Source: Azolla caroliniana
Taxonomy: Eukaryota > Plantae > Polypodiophyta
Direction: 5' to 3'
Assembly (NCBI GenBank): GCA_043228905.1
Contig: JBHGNT010000011.1
Span: 12,772,001-12,836,000 of the forward strand
Length of the DNA: 64,000 nucleotides
Shown here: positions 38,941-52,100 of the stretch, piece by piece
How positions within the stretch are numbered: position 1 is the stretch's first letter
How the letters are laid out: the number at the start of each line of letters is the position of its first letter
The notes under the pieces: generated by a model
Databases searched by the model: none
Told to the model about the DNA's origin: nothing
What the model saw: only the letters and a program-made list of their open reading frames with translations
Position numbers and translations under genes: made by a program

Positions 38941-41102
38941 TGATTATCAAAATCATCACAGTCTTTTGGTATTAAATGATCACGAAGCTCTTGCTTGTTC
39001 CTCTCATGATTTGGGCGAACTGTCATAAATTGTACAGTTCGTCGTCCATCTTGGCTACGGATTTTTGCATAGGCAGAACCATTGTCGAGGACTTTGGTCT
39101 CCATTCGTACCGCTGTAATGTATGGTTGCCCTAGGATTATTGGATAGGTAGATCCTTCCTGCACAAAGAAATGTTGATCTACCTCTATATCACCAATAGT
39201 AACCTTTACATTTGGGCATGCACCAAATAAATCTTCCGTGACTGATGTGGCAGCTTTTACTCGCCAACCATGTTGAGTATCAATTGGCCATCTACCTTTC
39301 CTGTAAAAATCAGCACTCATTATATTTATTTCAGAACCATGATCAATAAGTGCCATCACGGGGTCTGGAACATTTCCAATCTTCACATGATGCTCAGTAG
39401 TGGCTCTTGCCCAACATTTGCGAGAGTAATGGCTTCTTACATCTGTTGAATTTATCATTGAGGTTGATGCATGTTCAGAGTCAACAACGATATTGTTTGA
39501 CTCGTTGCTCACCACTTCATATGCCACCTTCGGATTTGTCTCTTTAACCTGCTCATTTACTTGCTTCTTTCTTCGCACAATATCAATTATTTCATCATGA
39601 AATTCCTTTTTTGCAATACCTAACACTTCTCTTAGTGTAAATTCTACTCGACTGTCTAGTATTCTTGTTTCTAAAACTTTCTTTAAATCTGTATCCTTTT
39701 CAATATCAGACATTAATTTGAATGAAGGACCAGATTTACCTTTTTCAACTTTTGCGTCCATCTCTTTTCTTTTGCTTTCTCTTGTTTCATGCTTTTTGGT
39801 TGAGCCAATCTCATCATCCGATCTTTTCCTTTTTTCTTCCACTATCACCTCATGCTCTTGGTGTTCTGCCATCTGAGCATAGACCGTCATAGCATCTACT
39901 GGAAGATCCCATCCAGTGTTTTTCCTTACAGAATCTCCGGCAACACGAAGGTCTTCCATCTTCATCTTTTGCTTTTGTGCGGTACTTACAACCTTCTCCC
40001 AGAATGATGATCGGGATGGCATGTCATCAAGGCGCATTCCTGCCGTTGCCGAGTAATACATTGCGGAAGCCTTCTTTGCTTCAGCTTCTTCAAATTTAAC
40101 CTTAACACCACCATCACCAAAGTTCTTTGTAAGCGGAGTTCTAGTTTCAGTTAAGTAAATGTTACCATTTTTCCAATAGACCAAGTCCCGATTCTCCATG
40201 TCTTTATATTCTTCACAATCACGTAGACGATGTTCGAGACTATCACACCACATGCATCGAGGTCGAAATGGTTCCCTTGACCTCGAAGTTTGACCCTTCT
40301 CAAGCTTTGCCACTTTAATTGTTAGATCTTTCATACTTTGAACTAAATCATCAAGCAAAAACTCACTCTTAGTTCCCGTCATTTCTCGTGGTTGATGGAC
40401 CATTTTGTGTGATGGTTCTCGACCAAGTCTTTGAACTTCAATGTTTTGCTCAAGCCGATTTGTGTTTCCCACATGTGGTATTTTTAGCATTACACCATTC
40501 CTTTGCATTCTTTTCATAAATTTATTACAAGCATTTGTTACCTCATTCCAATCTGTCGTTATACCATCCTCGGTATTTGGCAATTCAAGCATAAATTCCA
40601 ATTCTTTTCTATATCTCTTGTCAACTGCCTGCAAAAATAAAGCAACCTTTTGCCAAGACAAAGAATTTCTTTCTTCTGGCTTTAGGTGTCCATACATCAT
40701 ATCAAACTCTTTTTTTGTGTCAGACACAGATAACCCTTTATCTTCTTTTAAGATCCATTCATGAAATGAACGCATAGTAACTCGAGAGAAATCCTCACGA
40801 GCATATTCAGACACAAGTGCTTCTTTGAATGCATTCCAATCCAAACTATGCAATGCTTGTATTTCATGAATTCTATCTCTTAATTCCATGTCCACTAATT
40901 TATAAAAGTTTGCTAACATATTGACATCATTTATACCAAACATTTCCATTTCATCATAATATATATTCACAAACTTCGAAATATTTGTGCCATCAAACAT
41001 ACCAATCTTCTCTCGGACGTCTCGTAAGGCATGAAATAATCGATCTTGATTCAACTTTTCAATAAACAACATTACCGGATCCATTGTACTCGTACTTGCC
41101 AT
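38928..41102 (-). CDS. gag: Intact Gag-protease polyprotein, 724 aa
   Basis: FDGTNISKF; CMWCDSLEHRLRDC; ALIDHGSEINIM; starts ~45 nt after the PBS. Confidence 0.93.
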   Translation of the reverse strand: MASTSTMDPVMLFIEKLNQDRLFHALRDVREKIGMFDGTNISKFVNIYYDEMEMFGINDVNMLANFYKLVDMELRDRIHEIQALHSLDWNAFKEALVSEYAREDFSRVTMRSFHEWILKEDKGLSVSDTKKEFDMMYGHLKPEERNSLSWQKVALFLQAVDKRYRKELEFMLELPNTEDGITTDWNEVTNACNKFMKRMQRNGVMLKIPHVGNTNRLEQNIEVQRLGREPSHKMVHQPREMTGTKSEFLLDDLVQSMKDLTIKVAKLEKGQTSRSREPFRPRCMWCDSLEHRLRDCEEYKDMENRDLVYWKNGNIYLTETRTPLTKNFGDGGVKVKFEEAEAKKASAMYYSATAGMRLDDMPSRSSFWEKVVSTAQKQKMKMEDLRVAGDSVRKNTGWDLPVDAMTVYAQMAEHQEHEVIVEEKRKRSDDEIGSTKKHETRESKRKEMDAKVEKGKSGPSFKLMSDIEKDTDLKKVLETRILDSRVEFTLREVLGIAKKEFHDEIIDIVRRKKQVNEQVKETNPKVAYEVVSNESNNIVVDSEHASTSMINSTDVRSHYSRKCWARATTEHHVKIGNVPDPVMALIDHGSEINIMSADFYRKGRWPIDTQHGWRVKAATSVTEDLFGACPNVKVTIGDIEVDQHFFVQEGSTYPIILGQPYITAVRMETKVLDNGSAYAKIRSQDGRRTVQFMTVRPNHERNKQELRDHLIPKDCDDFDNQVFD

Positions 41103-43029
41103 GTTGATGTTGATCTTTACTTTAGATGTCTCTTCTACTTCCCCGTTTCACGTCGGGTTCACCAGATTGTGTCGTGGCGTGGCTCGCCTAGAAGCGTAGC
41201 GTTGCGTAGACAAAGGATAACGTGAAAGTGAGGAAGGAATCACTGGGATTATGGACGGAAGAGACGAAAGAGTAGAGATAGATAAATAGTGATCAACAAG
41301 ATATGACAAGATAGGATATAGAATGATATTTGAAGCAATAAAAGAGATTTATAATTATTTGATAAAAGAGTTACAAAATGATTGTACACGTCGTTGAACC
41401 TCCGAACTTTGTCTTGCAAGGTAATCGCTCTTCTCTTTCTTGATCGTAGGCCACTACAATCTTCACTTCAATATTTTGATGAAGATAAGGCTCGAACCGC
41501 CTCCCTCTTGTTGAGAGTTGACCACCACGACCGCCAAGCTAGAGCTCCACCTTTATCTTGAACTTCTTCCTTTCTTTCTCTATTTTATGTTATTTCTTAT
41601 GTAATATATATTTGATTGATATCTCATACATATCTCCCTTTGATCTTCTCTTTCACCATTTAAATAGGTGCCCCCATGCATATGATGCATTGGAGGGTAC
41701 AAATCATGCATGTAGTGCATGAAATGCATGTGATGCATGATCACCATTTGACGTTCATGCATTACATGTGATGCATGATAAACATCTCGCTCATTTGAGC
41801 TTTTATATATGAAACAATATATGCAATAACAATAAACATGAAAACCTAATCTTAAAGAGAAAGGGCCTAGCCTAATGGTAGGTGTGTCAACTTTGGTGTA
41901 TAAGGTTGTGGGTTTGAGTCTCAAAATGCTATTGAATACAACATACAACTTTATTTTTATATCATGAAGCAAATCCTTTATGTAATATAAAGTATATATA
42001 AAGTATGCTTTATTTTATGTATATTACTAGTATAGAGTAAATGGTAAGATTTGAGAGTCATAGGGTGGGGTTATCGGTTCAAGTCCTCTCTTGTTCGTGT
42101 AATATAATATATCTATCTATCTATATATATTATTTTTCTTTACATATATATAATATTATCATATGTGTTGTTAATATTATCTTTATATATAAAACATTAT
42201 CAAATGTTATTTTAGTTACGTATTTATCTTATTGTAGACTTTTAATGTGAAGCTTTCGTACTTCACGACAGCGCTCCCTCTCTTTCTCTCTCTCCCTTCG
42301 GATGCTTCCAGTGTGCTTCTGGGATGCCCCGGAAATGGTGAAGTACGACTTCCTACGCTCCGTCACTCCCTAGTCCAAGACCCCCGTGGTCCCGCCTTTC
42401 GCCACGCACGCGCGTAGCAACGCGACAGCGTCCCCCACGCCATAATGAACAAAGGCGGCAAGAAGAACGACCACGGTATATGGATCAGAACCCATGCGAT
42501 GACCGGCACTACCGGAATCGCCGAAATCACAACGATTCCGAGGAAGACGAGCCGGAGGATGAAGACTACCGTGGCAACCATAGAAATATTAAAGGGGGTC
42601 GACGCTATGAGAATTACCGTCCGACGAACAAACGTGGAGCTTCAATGGGCCTTGCAGAAAGCATCGTCAGTATTGGGACCAACGGCGGTACGACGAATGT
42701 TCGGACGATGACCGGCACCAGGAACCGCGTTGGAACCAACAACAACCACCGCGTACGCTCCGACGAACGAATCAGGACCGGGAAGATCAAGTCACACCTG
42801 GGGATCGACACACACCACCATGGGCTGAGAAGGCCGAATCTAGCATCCATTCTTTTGTTTGTCAACAACCCGGACATTTTGCCACGGAATGCCCAATGAA
42901 TACGATTATGGCGGAAGTACAACAAGTCACGACACGTCAGTAAACAAAAAATGCTAATTGGGCCGCGCAAGATGAGATACGGCAGACAACCCAAGCATGG
43001 GTTGAAAAAGCAAACGCGGCAAGGGCGGA

Positions 43030-43858
43030 TGTCGTGATGAATTTCGGCCAGAGGCGGAAACCGGGAAATATTGGCTACATCGACGGGGTGCATCATGTGC
43101 AATCGCCCTTGTACATTTAGTGTGAATAACGAGGGCGCCGAAGAGTAGATAAGTCGGGACAGAGAATCCCATGTAGGTCAGGATTTATCCCACATTGTAA
43201 CACATCTCCCTCCTTTATAGAATAAGGAGGGGAGCGCCTCTTGTGAAGGGGTTGCCCATTTTTGCATTTGTAGGGTATACCGTTAGAGGAAGAAACGTTC
43301 TCTCTTCCTCTTTCTTTCCTCTTGTTTACGGTTTCGTTTCTTTTCTCTGCTTCTCCCTCTTCGTCATTCTGAGTATCGAGCCTTGTCATCTCGTGTTCCT
43401 GTTTCTTTCCCGTTCTCTGTGCAAGACCCCGCTCGGCACGACAAGCCCGAGAGCCCTCCCCCCCCCCGACCAGCGGCTTGGCAGTAGACGACTGTTGTAA
43501 CCTGAGCTACTTAGGTCGGGCTCGATACCAGTATTGTATCTTAGTCTTGTAATATATGCATGGGGGGTCCTGCGCACCGGTGTTTGTGTGGGTGTTTTGG
43601 TGTTCTCTTACCTCCGCTTCTATACATAAGGGCGTGAGTTGGGTTGGCGTGGTGTGTGTGTGTGTGTGTGGGTGTGAGTCGGTGTCAAGCGCTCTCTCTC
43701 TCTCTCTCTCTTTCTCTCTCCCGTCCGGTTGCTTCCGGTGTGCTTCTAGGATGCCCCGGAAATGGTGAAGCACGACTTCCTACGCTCCGTCACTCCCTAG
43801 TCCAAGACCCCCGTGGTCCCGCCTGGAATTCTACACGTACCCGCGTAACAACGCGACA
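43030..43858 (+). mobile_element. Solo LTR, Trp-lineage family
   Basis: TGTCGTGATG...CGCGACA; homologous to the 33733 solo LTR; TSD ambiguous. Confidence 0.85.
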
Positions 43859-46800
43859 ACGAAATGCATGCGGAAGGAGTCCACAAACACGGTGGAACTA
43901 TTGGAGGAAGAGGGACCATCTCCGGATCCCATATGGCAAGCACTGACAGGCTGTGAGATAATGTTAACCATGGAGAAGCTACTGCAACTAGTCCCATGAT
44001 TCCGCCAGACCGTGGAAGAGTAGATGACGGGCACACCTGGGGTAAGCGTCGCCGCGAATTTTACGGACATTAGCGTCAAACCAACACTGGTGGATCACCA
44101 CAATCCAGCTATTAAGTTGTTACTACATGGTCAGGAAATCCCCGGATGCGTAATCGATGGCGGCTTAGGCGTTAATGTAACTTGCGAACAATTGGCAATT
44201 TCAGAATGGGAAGCTTGCCCGTTTTGGCTTCGCATGGCGGATACCCGCTCAGTACGACCATTGGGTTTGATACGCAAGGTAGGCATTATCGTGGGAGGAC
44301 ATCGCTTCGACATCTCAACGGGATTCCTCGCCCTTGACACCCTTGCTGCTAGGCAGACCATGACTTCGTTCAACGAATATCAAGTAGAGCTGGCAACACA
44401 AGTGTATAAGCTTTCGACGCGGACGCACCAAGGTTCGCGTACCAACAGAGGAAATGGCAGCACAACCCAAGGGCATAACACCATTGTACGCGGAGGATAT
44501 AAATATGCTGGTTGGGGTGGATGATACAGAATTAGAGGTATACCTAGACGAGCACCCTCGGATTATTCCGCTGTTCGAAATCAATGTCATCGAAACCGTG
44601 GCGAAATATGCCATGCCCGCTACACTCCACGACGAGGCTTACGAACCAAACCCGGAGTCAATATTAGAACTAAGCAGAGCATGGGCAAAGTTCGAGAGGG
44701 AAATGGAAATTTCACGACGAGTCACCGCCTCAACCTTGGAAGAAGTAAATGTGGGTACGACGTCAGAACCCCGATTCCAGTGTGCTTGCCTGGGCCCACG
44801 AGGACATGAAGGGGTTAGATCAATTTAGCAACCGAAACGAAACTGGTCTAGCAGCGTCGATACTGTATGAACCCAAACTACGCGGCCCGCGTAAAAGAAG
44901 AAATTGACAAACTCCTCAAGGGCTTCAGCGTTACCAGCGGGGCTCTCCTCGGCCATATAGTCAGCAAGGAAGGGATAGTGGCCGATCCGAATAAAATCTC
45001 CGCGATTATTCACGCGTAAACACCGACAAACGCGAAATAACTCAGCTGGTTTTTAGGGCAAATACGATGGCACAGTTGGATGATATGCTATTTGGCGGAC
45101 TTCGCCATGCCGTTACATGCTGCCGTTCATCAAACTCCCTTCCAATGGATAGCTATGGAAGAGAAGGCATATGATGCGCTAAAGGTAATGCTAACGCAGG
45201 CACCCGTCGTGCAACCAATAGTTTGGGCGAAGCCATTCCATGTGTTCGTAGATGCCTCGGACATAGCAATAGGTAGTGCGCTAATGCAGCTCACAGAGCC
45301 GAATTGGTACAGGCCGGTGTACTACGCTAGTTAGATATTATCAATGGCTGAGCATAACTATTCCACAACGGAACGTGAGGCGTTGGGTATGATCTACAAC
45401 ATCAATAAGTTTCGGCATTATCTGCTAGGGCGGAAATTCACGTTTCACGTGGATCATTCGACACTGCTATATTTGGTAGGGAAACAAGCGCTGACGGGGA
45501 AATTGGTGAGATGGATGTTGCTGCTTCAAGAATTTGACTTTGTAATTCAGCACCGCCCGGGTATGCAACACGTAGTGGCAGATGTTTTGAGCAGACTCGA
45601 TAATGGAGAAACGACACAGAAGGATGACGACGACTTTCCGGATGCGGACATTATGTGGGTAGCAACGCTATCAGAACGAACGAAAAAGACTTTCCCTGAT
45701 CGGTGGCTCATGGAAATGACCTACTTCCTGACCATGGGGTTACCGCCACCCCAATTACAGACGAACGAGAAAAAATGGCTGGCCGTAGAAGTCGAAATTT
45801 CTGTTTAGTGGAAGACATACTATACCACAAGGGCAGTGATGGCATCTGGAGGCGCGGAATACGGCAGGATGAGAAGGCCGTAGTTCTACGCGAAGCCCAT
45901 TGTGGTACGGCGGGAGGACATTATGCGGGCGATGTTATGACCCGGAAAATTTGGCAAGCAGGACTTTGGTGGCGATGACGCAAAAGGACGCGTATGAATA
46001 TTGCAGATAGTGCGATTTATGCCAATGACTGGGCCAACCCACGGAAGTCGCAAGAATGCCACACCAACCAGTGTTACCACTAGATCCTTTCCAAAAGTGG
46101 GGGTTAGATTTTGTGGGATCCTTTACCCCGGCGGCCGCTCGAACAGGCAATAAGTACATCCTGGTGGCTACGGATTATTGTACCAAGTGGGTAGAAGCGA
46201 AACCACTATGTGAGAATACCGCGGTAGTCACGACGAAATTCCTTTACGAACACATCTGGTGTCATTTTGGCTGCCCTATCGAGCTCATTAGTGACCAAGG
46301 GAGGCATTTTCTGAATACGGTCATCAGCGAACTGACCCAACATTACGCTGTGGTGCACAAAAAGAGTACGCCTTATTACCCATAGGCAAATGGCTTGGTG
46401 GAATCCATGAACAAAACCCTCCAAACTATCCTAAAAAGGATAGTCAATGAGAACAGGACGGATTGGGACACCAAGTTGCATAGCGCGTTATGGGCATACT
46501 GTACCAGCTATAAGACCAGCATACAATCAACACCGTTCAGGCTAGCATTTGGTCTGGAGGCCGTGATGCTAGTCGAATTCCAGGTACCCATTCTACGGAT
46601 TCAAGTATGAGCCCGGCTACCAGAGGGCAAATCCGAACAAGTACGGCTACAACAACTGCTAGAGCTAGGAGAAACAAGGTTACACAATATGGCCATATTA
46701 GAGCAGGAACAGCGGCGACGCAAAGCATTCGTGGACCGACACTAGCATGCGCGTGAAAAAGATTTTACGGTTGGAAAAGTGGTATTTGTTTTCCAAACAC

Positions 46801-47010
46801 ACATGGGGCATATGCCAGGAAAATTAAGGTTCCGCTAGACAGGCCCATACTGGATAGTAGGCGCAGAACAAGGCACGTTTCAACTAGGCACGTTGGCCGG
46901 GGAAGTGTTACGACAAAAAGTGAATGGGTTTCTCCTTAAACCTTATATGGGACCTACGCCACCTATCCCGTTCCCCGCCGGACAGGACAAAGTCGGAGAA
47001 TCCGCGGAGT
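43859..47010 (+). pseudogene. pol: PR, mostly deleted RT, RNaseH and integrase of the Athila/Tat-like element
   Basis: CVIDGGLGVNV; FVDASDIAIG; NYSTTEREAL; HCGTAGGHYAG; PFQKWGLDFVG; ISDQGRHF; TGPY. Confidence 0.88.
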
Positions 47011-47158
47011 AAATATAAGGCCCCACTTGTACTATAGTGTAAAATATAATATTGTAAGTAATCGTTAAAAAAAGAAAAGAAAAAGGAGAACATAGCGATG
47101 CTATTAAAAGGACTTACGGCATGCACAGACTTCTAGGCCAAGAACACGCGTCACCACG

Positions 47159-48060
47159 ATGGCTCACCAACCAATGAACCCTAGGCCACAAAAAGAAGGA
47201 AATAGAAGGTTTTCTGCACAATACAGAAATCAACCTTCTAACTCTCATCGCTCTCATCGCTCCCCTTCCTCACCATCTTCTCCATCCTATCACAGAGCTC
47301 AAGCTCGCCGCAGCCAACAATCTTCACCCATTAGCCACGAGCCTATTCCGACTATGCCGATACCCATCTCTACCGCCTTGCGTCGATGGCTCGTGGAGAA
47401 ACGCTTGGATGGGTATATCAGAGTCGATGAGGCACCTCCACACCCTGACGCACTAGACATCGCTAGGAAGCTCAACATCGACACAGTCACCAGCTCATCC
47501 ATCCAAAAAAAGCTGGACCTGTCATCATTGGGTGAAAGGCATTTCGAAATCCCTCCTGCGAAATCGTTGCAGAGATATTTCGGTCCATATTCGTCATCCA
47601 CCAAGGCATATAGAACGAAGGAGAACCCAGATCCCTTTTTCCGCGAAATCGCCAAGGTCCTGTTGGAGGTCGGATGCGTACATGTAAACGCATATGGGAT
47701 GCCCAAGCAGAAGGCAGGTATCATCATTGATACCTTTGAAGGGCGTACGGTTGATTGGGGGGTCATTACGGGGTTGGCGTTACGGGAAGGCCTGCACACG
47801 TATCAAGGAGGCAAAAAGTCAGGCCTATCATACAACAATATCTGACGATACTATTCCCACCCCGAGGTCTTCCGGCACCACAGCCTAGCAAACCCACGCC
47901 GCAGCCTCGATCCGTGAAGCGAAGGTTAGCGGAGTTAGCCACCACAGAGTGGGAGGATGAACCCCAACCCGCCCAGCCGAACACGTGAATAACACAGGAA
48001 GAGCAGGCTGAGCGCACCAAGGACGCGGCACAGGAGCCGGAAGCCGAACCACGACAGGAA
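47159..48060 (+). pseudogene. Additional sense ORF 3' of integrase, function unknown (frameshift at ~47815)
   Basis: The 228-aa ORF continues as KKVRPIIQQYLTILFPP in another frame; it lies between INT and the 3' LTR remnant. Confidence 0.6.
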
Positions 48061-49112
48061 AGCCCGAGGATACGGGAGGTATCCCACTAAGTATTACGCT
48101 ACGACGATACCATTCGTTGCAACACAGTCACTTTGAGGTCTAGGTCGAAGGACTGACCGTAGACCGTGTTCCTAATCGGTAACACACACACTCTCTCCTC
48201 CGGTACGTGTCCGAAATCGCTCCGGTTAGTGCCACGGCAAACGTGGGCAGTTCCGGAGATAGTCAATGTCCTGGTATCCATCTCTTCCTAGTCTGTTACC
48301 CCGGTGGTCCCGCTCGATCCGACATGTGCACGCGGTCGCGTTGTTACGCGCTTGCGTGGAGAACGAGGTGGGACCACCGGGGTCTTGGACCGAGAAATAG
48401 CTGAGAAGGAGGAGAACGGAAAGGCAACGGATGCACTTGCACACGCACAGACACAGGAGCACACAGGAATCACAATCCAACAACACAACAAAACGAGACG
48501 ACTACAAATCCGAGCATATGAACACGTATGTATATAAATATATAAATATATATATATATATATATCAAGACGGTTACAACTAACAGGTCGGCAAGGCGAA
48601 CACCGACACCTGTTCACTCACACATAGAAGAGCGAGGTGGAGACTCTGCCGGAAGCACACGGGCGTTCCACGAAGCAGAGTCAGCCTCCCGAAAACCTGC
48701 GCAAAATGGCTATGGAGAGTGGTAGAGGACAAGGGCTCGGTCCCAGTCCGGCAGCACTTCGTCCTCTCTAACGCACGATCCCTTTCCATTCATCTCCCTC
48801 TCTTTTATAGCTCAAGGAGGGAGGTCGTTATCATCTGTTACATCACATTAATTCTCTATCCTTTCGGACAGAGATACACCTCGATTCTCTCCCTATTGAA
48901 TGCGTGCTACCTAGGATTTCACCTCAGCCGACTTGTACCTACCTACTTACCATACAACGAAAAGTGTACTTGCGTGTAAGGGCTGGTTTACACACGCTAA
49001 ACTTGGTTTCCGCCTAGGGACGGTTTTCTTCACGACATCCGCCCCCACCTAACCGCGCATCCACCGGTATGCGCCAAAACTGGGCTCTTACTGGAGAAAA
49101 CCGGTCCATGCT

Positions 49113-52100
49113 TTACTCCTCGTCTTCCGGAACGTCATCCGCCTCGAACCGCCCATCGTCGCCGTCCATGCTTTCCAGATCCGGCTCGCACTCGTGTCAT
49201 TTCTTAAACGCTTTGACCCTCTTCCCCACTACCGGTATTGCCATCCTCGTACCATCGAGGTCCACAAGATGGTAGGCCCCGTTGTCGTTGGCGGCTGTCA
49301 CCATGTAAGGCCCAAACCACCTCCTTGCAAACTTCCGCGTTGCCCTGTGCTGGTTGTCGAGGCTGCTGTCATACACTAGGACCCAGTCGCCTTCCTCGAT
49401 TTTCTTCGGTCGCAGTTGGTGAGTCCGGTCAAACCGCCCTTTGTTCTTCAACCTTGCCAACTGAAGCTTCTCGCAGCTCATTCCACGTTCTTCGGCCTTT
49501 GCTCAAGCTGTCGAATCCATGCCGCTAGCAACTCCTCCCAACTCATCTCATCTCTCCAGTCCACCGTGGCCCATGAGGAGATGGTTCGCTCTGTTGGCAT
49601 GATTGGCCTCTGTCCGTACATAAGCTCTGCCGGCATGAGCCCGGTTACCGAACTGTGCGTAGTTCAGTCCGCCCACAAGGCATAACGTAGCAGTCGCGAC
49701 CAGTTCCCGACTTGGCCTTCACACGCCCGTACTAGCGCTTTGACGATCGGCCCGTGTTCGCGTTCCACCTTCCCGTTAGCCTCTGAATTGTATGCTGTGG
49801 TGAGCGAGAGTTTGACCCCTAGTCGGTCAAACAACTCTTCAGCCTCTTGCGCGTTGTCGTAGTGTAATTCGCACACTATGTGAAAAATTACATTTTTGGT
49901 TTCTCCGGATAGGATATGGAGTACCCAGTGAGAACCAGAAGGAAGAACCGATGAGGACCGAAACCGGTAAGGAGACCGGCAAGAGCCGGATGAAGAAGGC
50001 CGGTGAGAGTTGGTGAGAAACGGACGAAGAGGACCGGTAAGAAGGATCCGGTAAGAACCGGATAAAGAAAAATGGCGAGAACCGGATGAAGCAGAACCAA
50101 CAAGAGCTGGATGAAGAAGGCCGGTGAGAGTCTCTCACCAGATGAAGAGACATATTTGTAAATAGAAGAAAGTATAAAATTATATATACATGCATAGGGC
50201 AAGATTCAGACCTTGCACCTAGCGTATTATGAATTTTAAAGTTATACTAAACTTTATCCCATGTGAAATTTCTAGACATGCATGGTACAAAAAGTTATTC
50301 ATGCATAGAAAGTCGAGTTAAAAAGAAAAGATGAGATAGAAAGCTAATCATGCACACTAAAGATAAAAAAAAAGCATGATGCTTGCATGTGATAAACTTA
50401 GACTCTTCCAACACTATATAAGGAAGACAGAAAGATGTATAGAGGTTGTTGATTATTTTACAAGGATTTTTATCAATCTAATATATTCGTGGGATTCACG
50501 ATTTTTTCCATCTATTTCTCTCTTACATTCTAAGTATCAATTAATACACTATACTCGTGGGATTCACGAGGTTCATATCTTCTTTCAAATATTTCTCTTT
50601 CTTGCAATCGATTCATAAGGAGCCTTATCTCATATTCTTCTTTCTCCTAGTCCAAAACCTCAGCGGTTCCCACCCGACTCACGCAACGATCCGGAGCCTA
50701 AAGGCACGACAACATCCAACTCTCCGCGGTCAGCCACGATCTTTCCTATGCTCCCGTACCGACATATCACGTCCTCGATCAGGAACCGGCACACAGCCGC
50801 GGTCGTTTTGTTCTGTAGCGCTCGGCCTTCAACCTGGTTCGTCAGATCCTCCCGAGCCAGCACCAGATACCGCATCTGTCCTATCCCCATCGGCATCGTC
50901 ACCAAATCCACCATCCATTTGAAGTGGATGGTCGGAGGGTAGGTTGGGTGAAGCTCTTCCCAGTGTCGGACTATGGAGTGCATCTAACAGCTTTCGCAAG
51001 TCGTCACGAACCGATGCACATCCTGGTACAGTCCCGACCACCAGTACTTCCCCTTTAGCTTCTCGAACGTGGCCCACATTCCGCGGTGTCTGGCCCAGGG
51101 ACTCTCGTGGTAGGCCTCTAGCAACTCCTCCTGTTCCTCCTTCTTCGTCACCACTCGGAGTGGGATGCAATCCCTCTTCTTCAGGTGCTTCCATATGTAC
51201 CTGTCCCGAAGGAAGAATCGGTACGCTTTCTTCTGGATCCGGTTGGTCTCTTCCTTTGTCCACGCCGCGTCCGGTGTCATTGTTTTCAGGAGCCCGCCAA
51301 TATGGAGCCACTCCCCATCATACTTGCTCTCGTTGAATTCGTTAAGCGCCGGAGTGCTCCCCTTTCTGGTCTTCACATATGCCGCCTCGAAGAAATCTAC
51401 GCCGACTTCCTCGTCCTCCGAAACCATGCCGTCCTCGTTTTCGAACCTCGCCCTTGAGAGCATGTCGGCCATGGCATTGTCTTTTCCGGAAATGTCTCGT
51501 ATCTCCGGATTACGGGACTTGAGATATGCTATCCACCTGAGCATTGCCATGTCCGGCGTCGCGCATCCGGAAACCATGTAGAGAATCGGCAGGCAGTCCG
51601 TCTCGATTATTACCTCTGTCCTGATTAGGTAGTCTTTATCAGCCTTCACCGCCGAAATGATACCCCAGAGTTTGCGTTGAACCTGGGCGTATCCTCGCTA
51701 TCGCTCATTGAGGACCTTCGCACCGAACCGGATGGGGAACCTCATGCCAACGTCATCCTCTTGGTTGATCACCCACCCGATCCCGGTCGGGCTCGTGTCC
51801 ACCGTCACGTAGATGGAGACACCCTTGCCATAAGCCGCTTTACGGAGAGCTGGTGCTACCGTAAGCGCCTCCTTTAGTCTCCGGATTGACTCCGTGTGCT
51901 CCGTCCTCCACTCGAACCTACGCCCTTTCTTCAATAGCCCGTAGAGCGGCTCCGCAACATGCGCGTAGTGCGGAATCCCGATGTGGTAGAACTCACATGC
52001 CCCCAAGAATCTGCGGACCTCCATAACTGACCCGCAGTCGTCCTTCATCGCGGAGATTGCTTTTACCTTTGTCGGAGACGGTTTCCTACCGTTAGGCCCG

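Larger units (their letters stand above)
34336..42270 (-). mobile_element. Young, near-intact AT-rich Trp-primed Gypsy (E6)
   Basis: 1101-bp LTRs 41170-42270 and 34336-35436 differ at only ~6 positions by eye; PBS 41147-41164; PPT AGAGGGGGTGGA; TSD GCGC/GCGC. Confidence 0.97.
33733..42427 (+). mobile_element. Solo LTR (33733-34335 plus 42275-42427) split by element E6
   Basis: TGTCGTGAAG...CGCGACA; TSD GCGT/GCGT; colinear with solo LTR 43030-43858. Confidence 0.88.
32235..48184 (+). mobile_element. Athila/Tat-like non-chromovirus Gypsy, tRNA-Arg-like PBS, internally deleted, interrupted by nested insertions
   Basis: 5' LTR 32235-32703; PBS TGGCACGCCTGGTG at 32708; partial 3' LTR ~48067-48184 matches 32586-32703; probable TSD CTCTC after a (CA)3 slip. 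Confidence 0.82.

Noticed and set aside
43025-43863. TSD of solo LTR 43030-43858 as support for the 4-bp CpG rule
   Set aside because: The flanks GCGGA / ACGAA do not give a clean 4- or 5-bp match, so it was left out of the tally.
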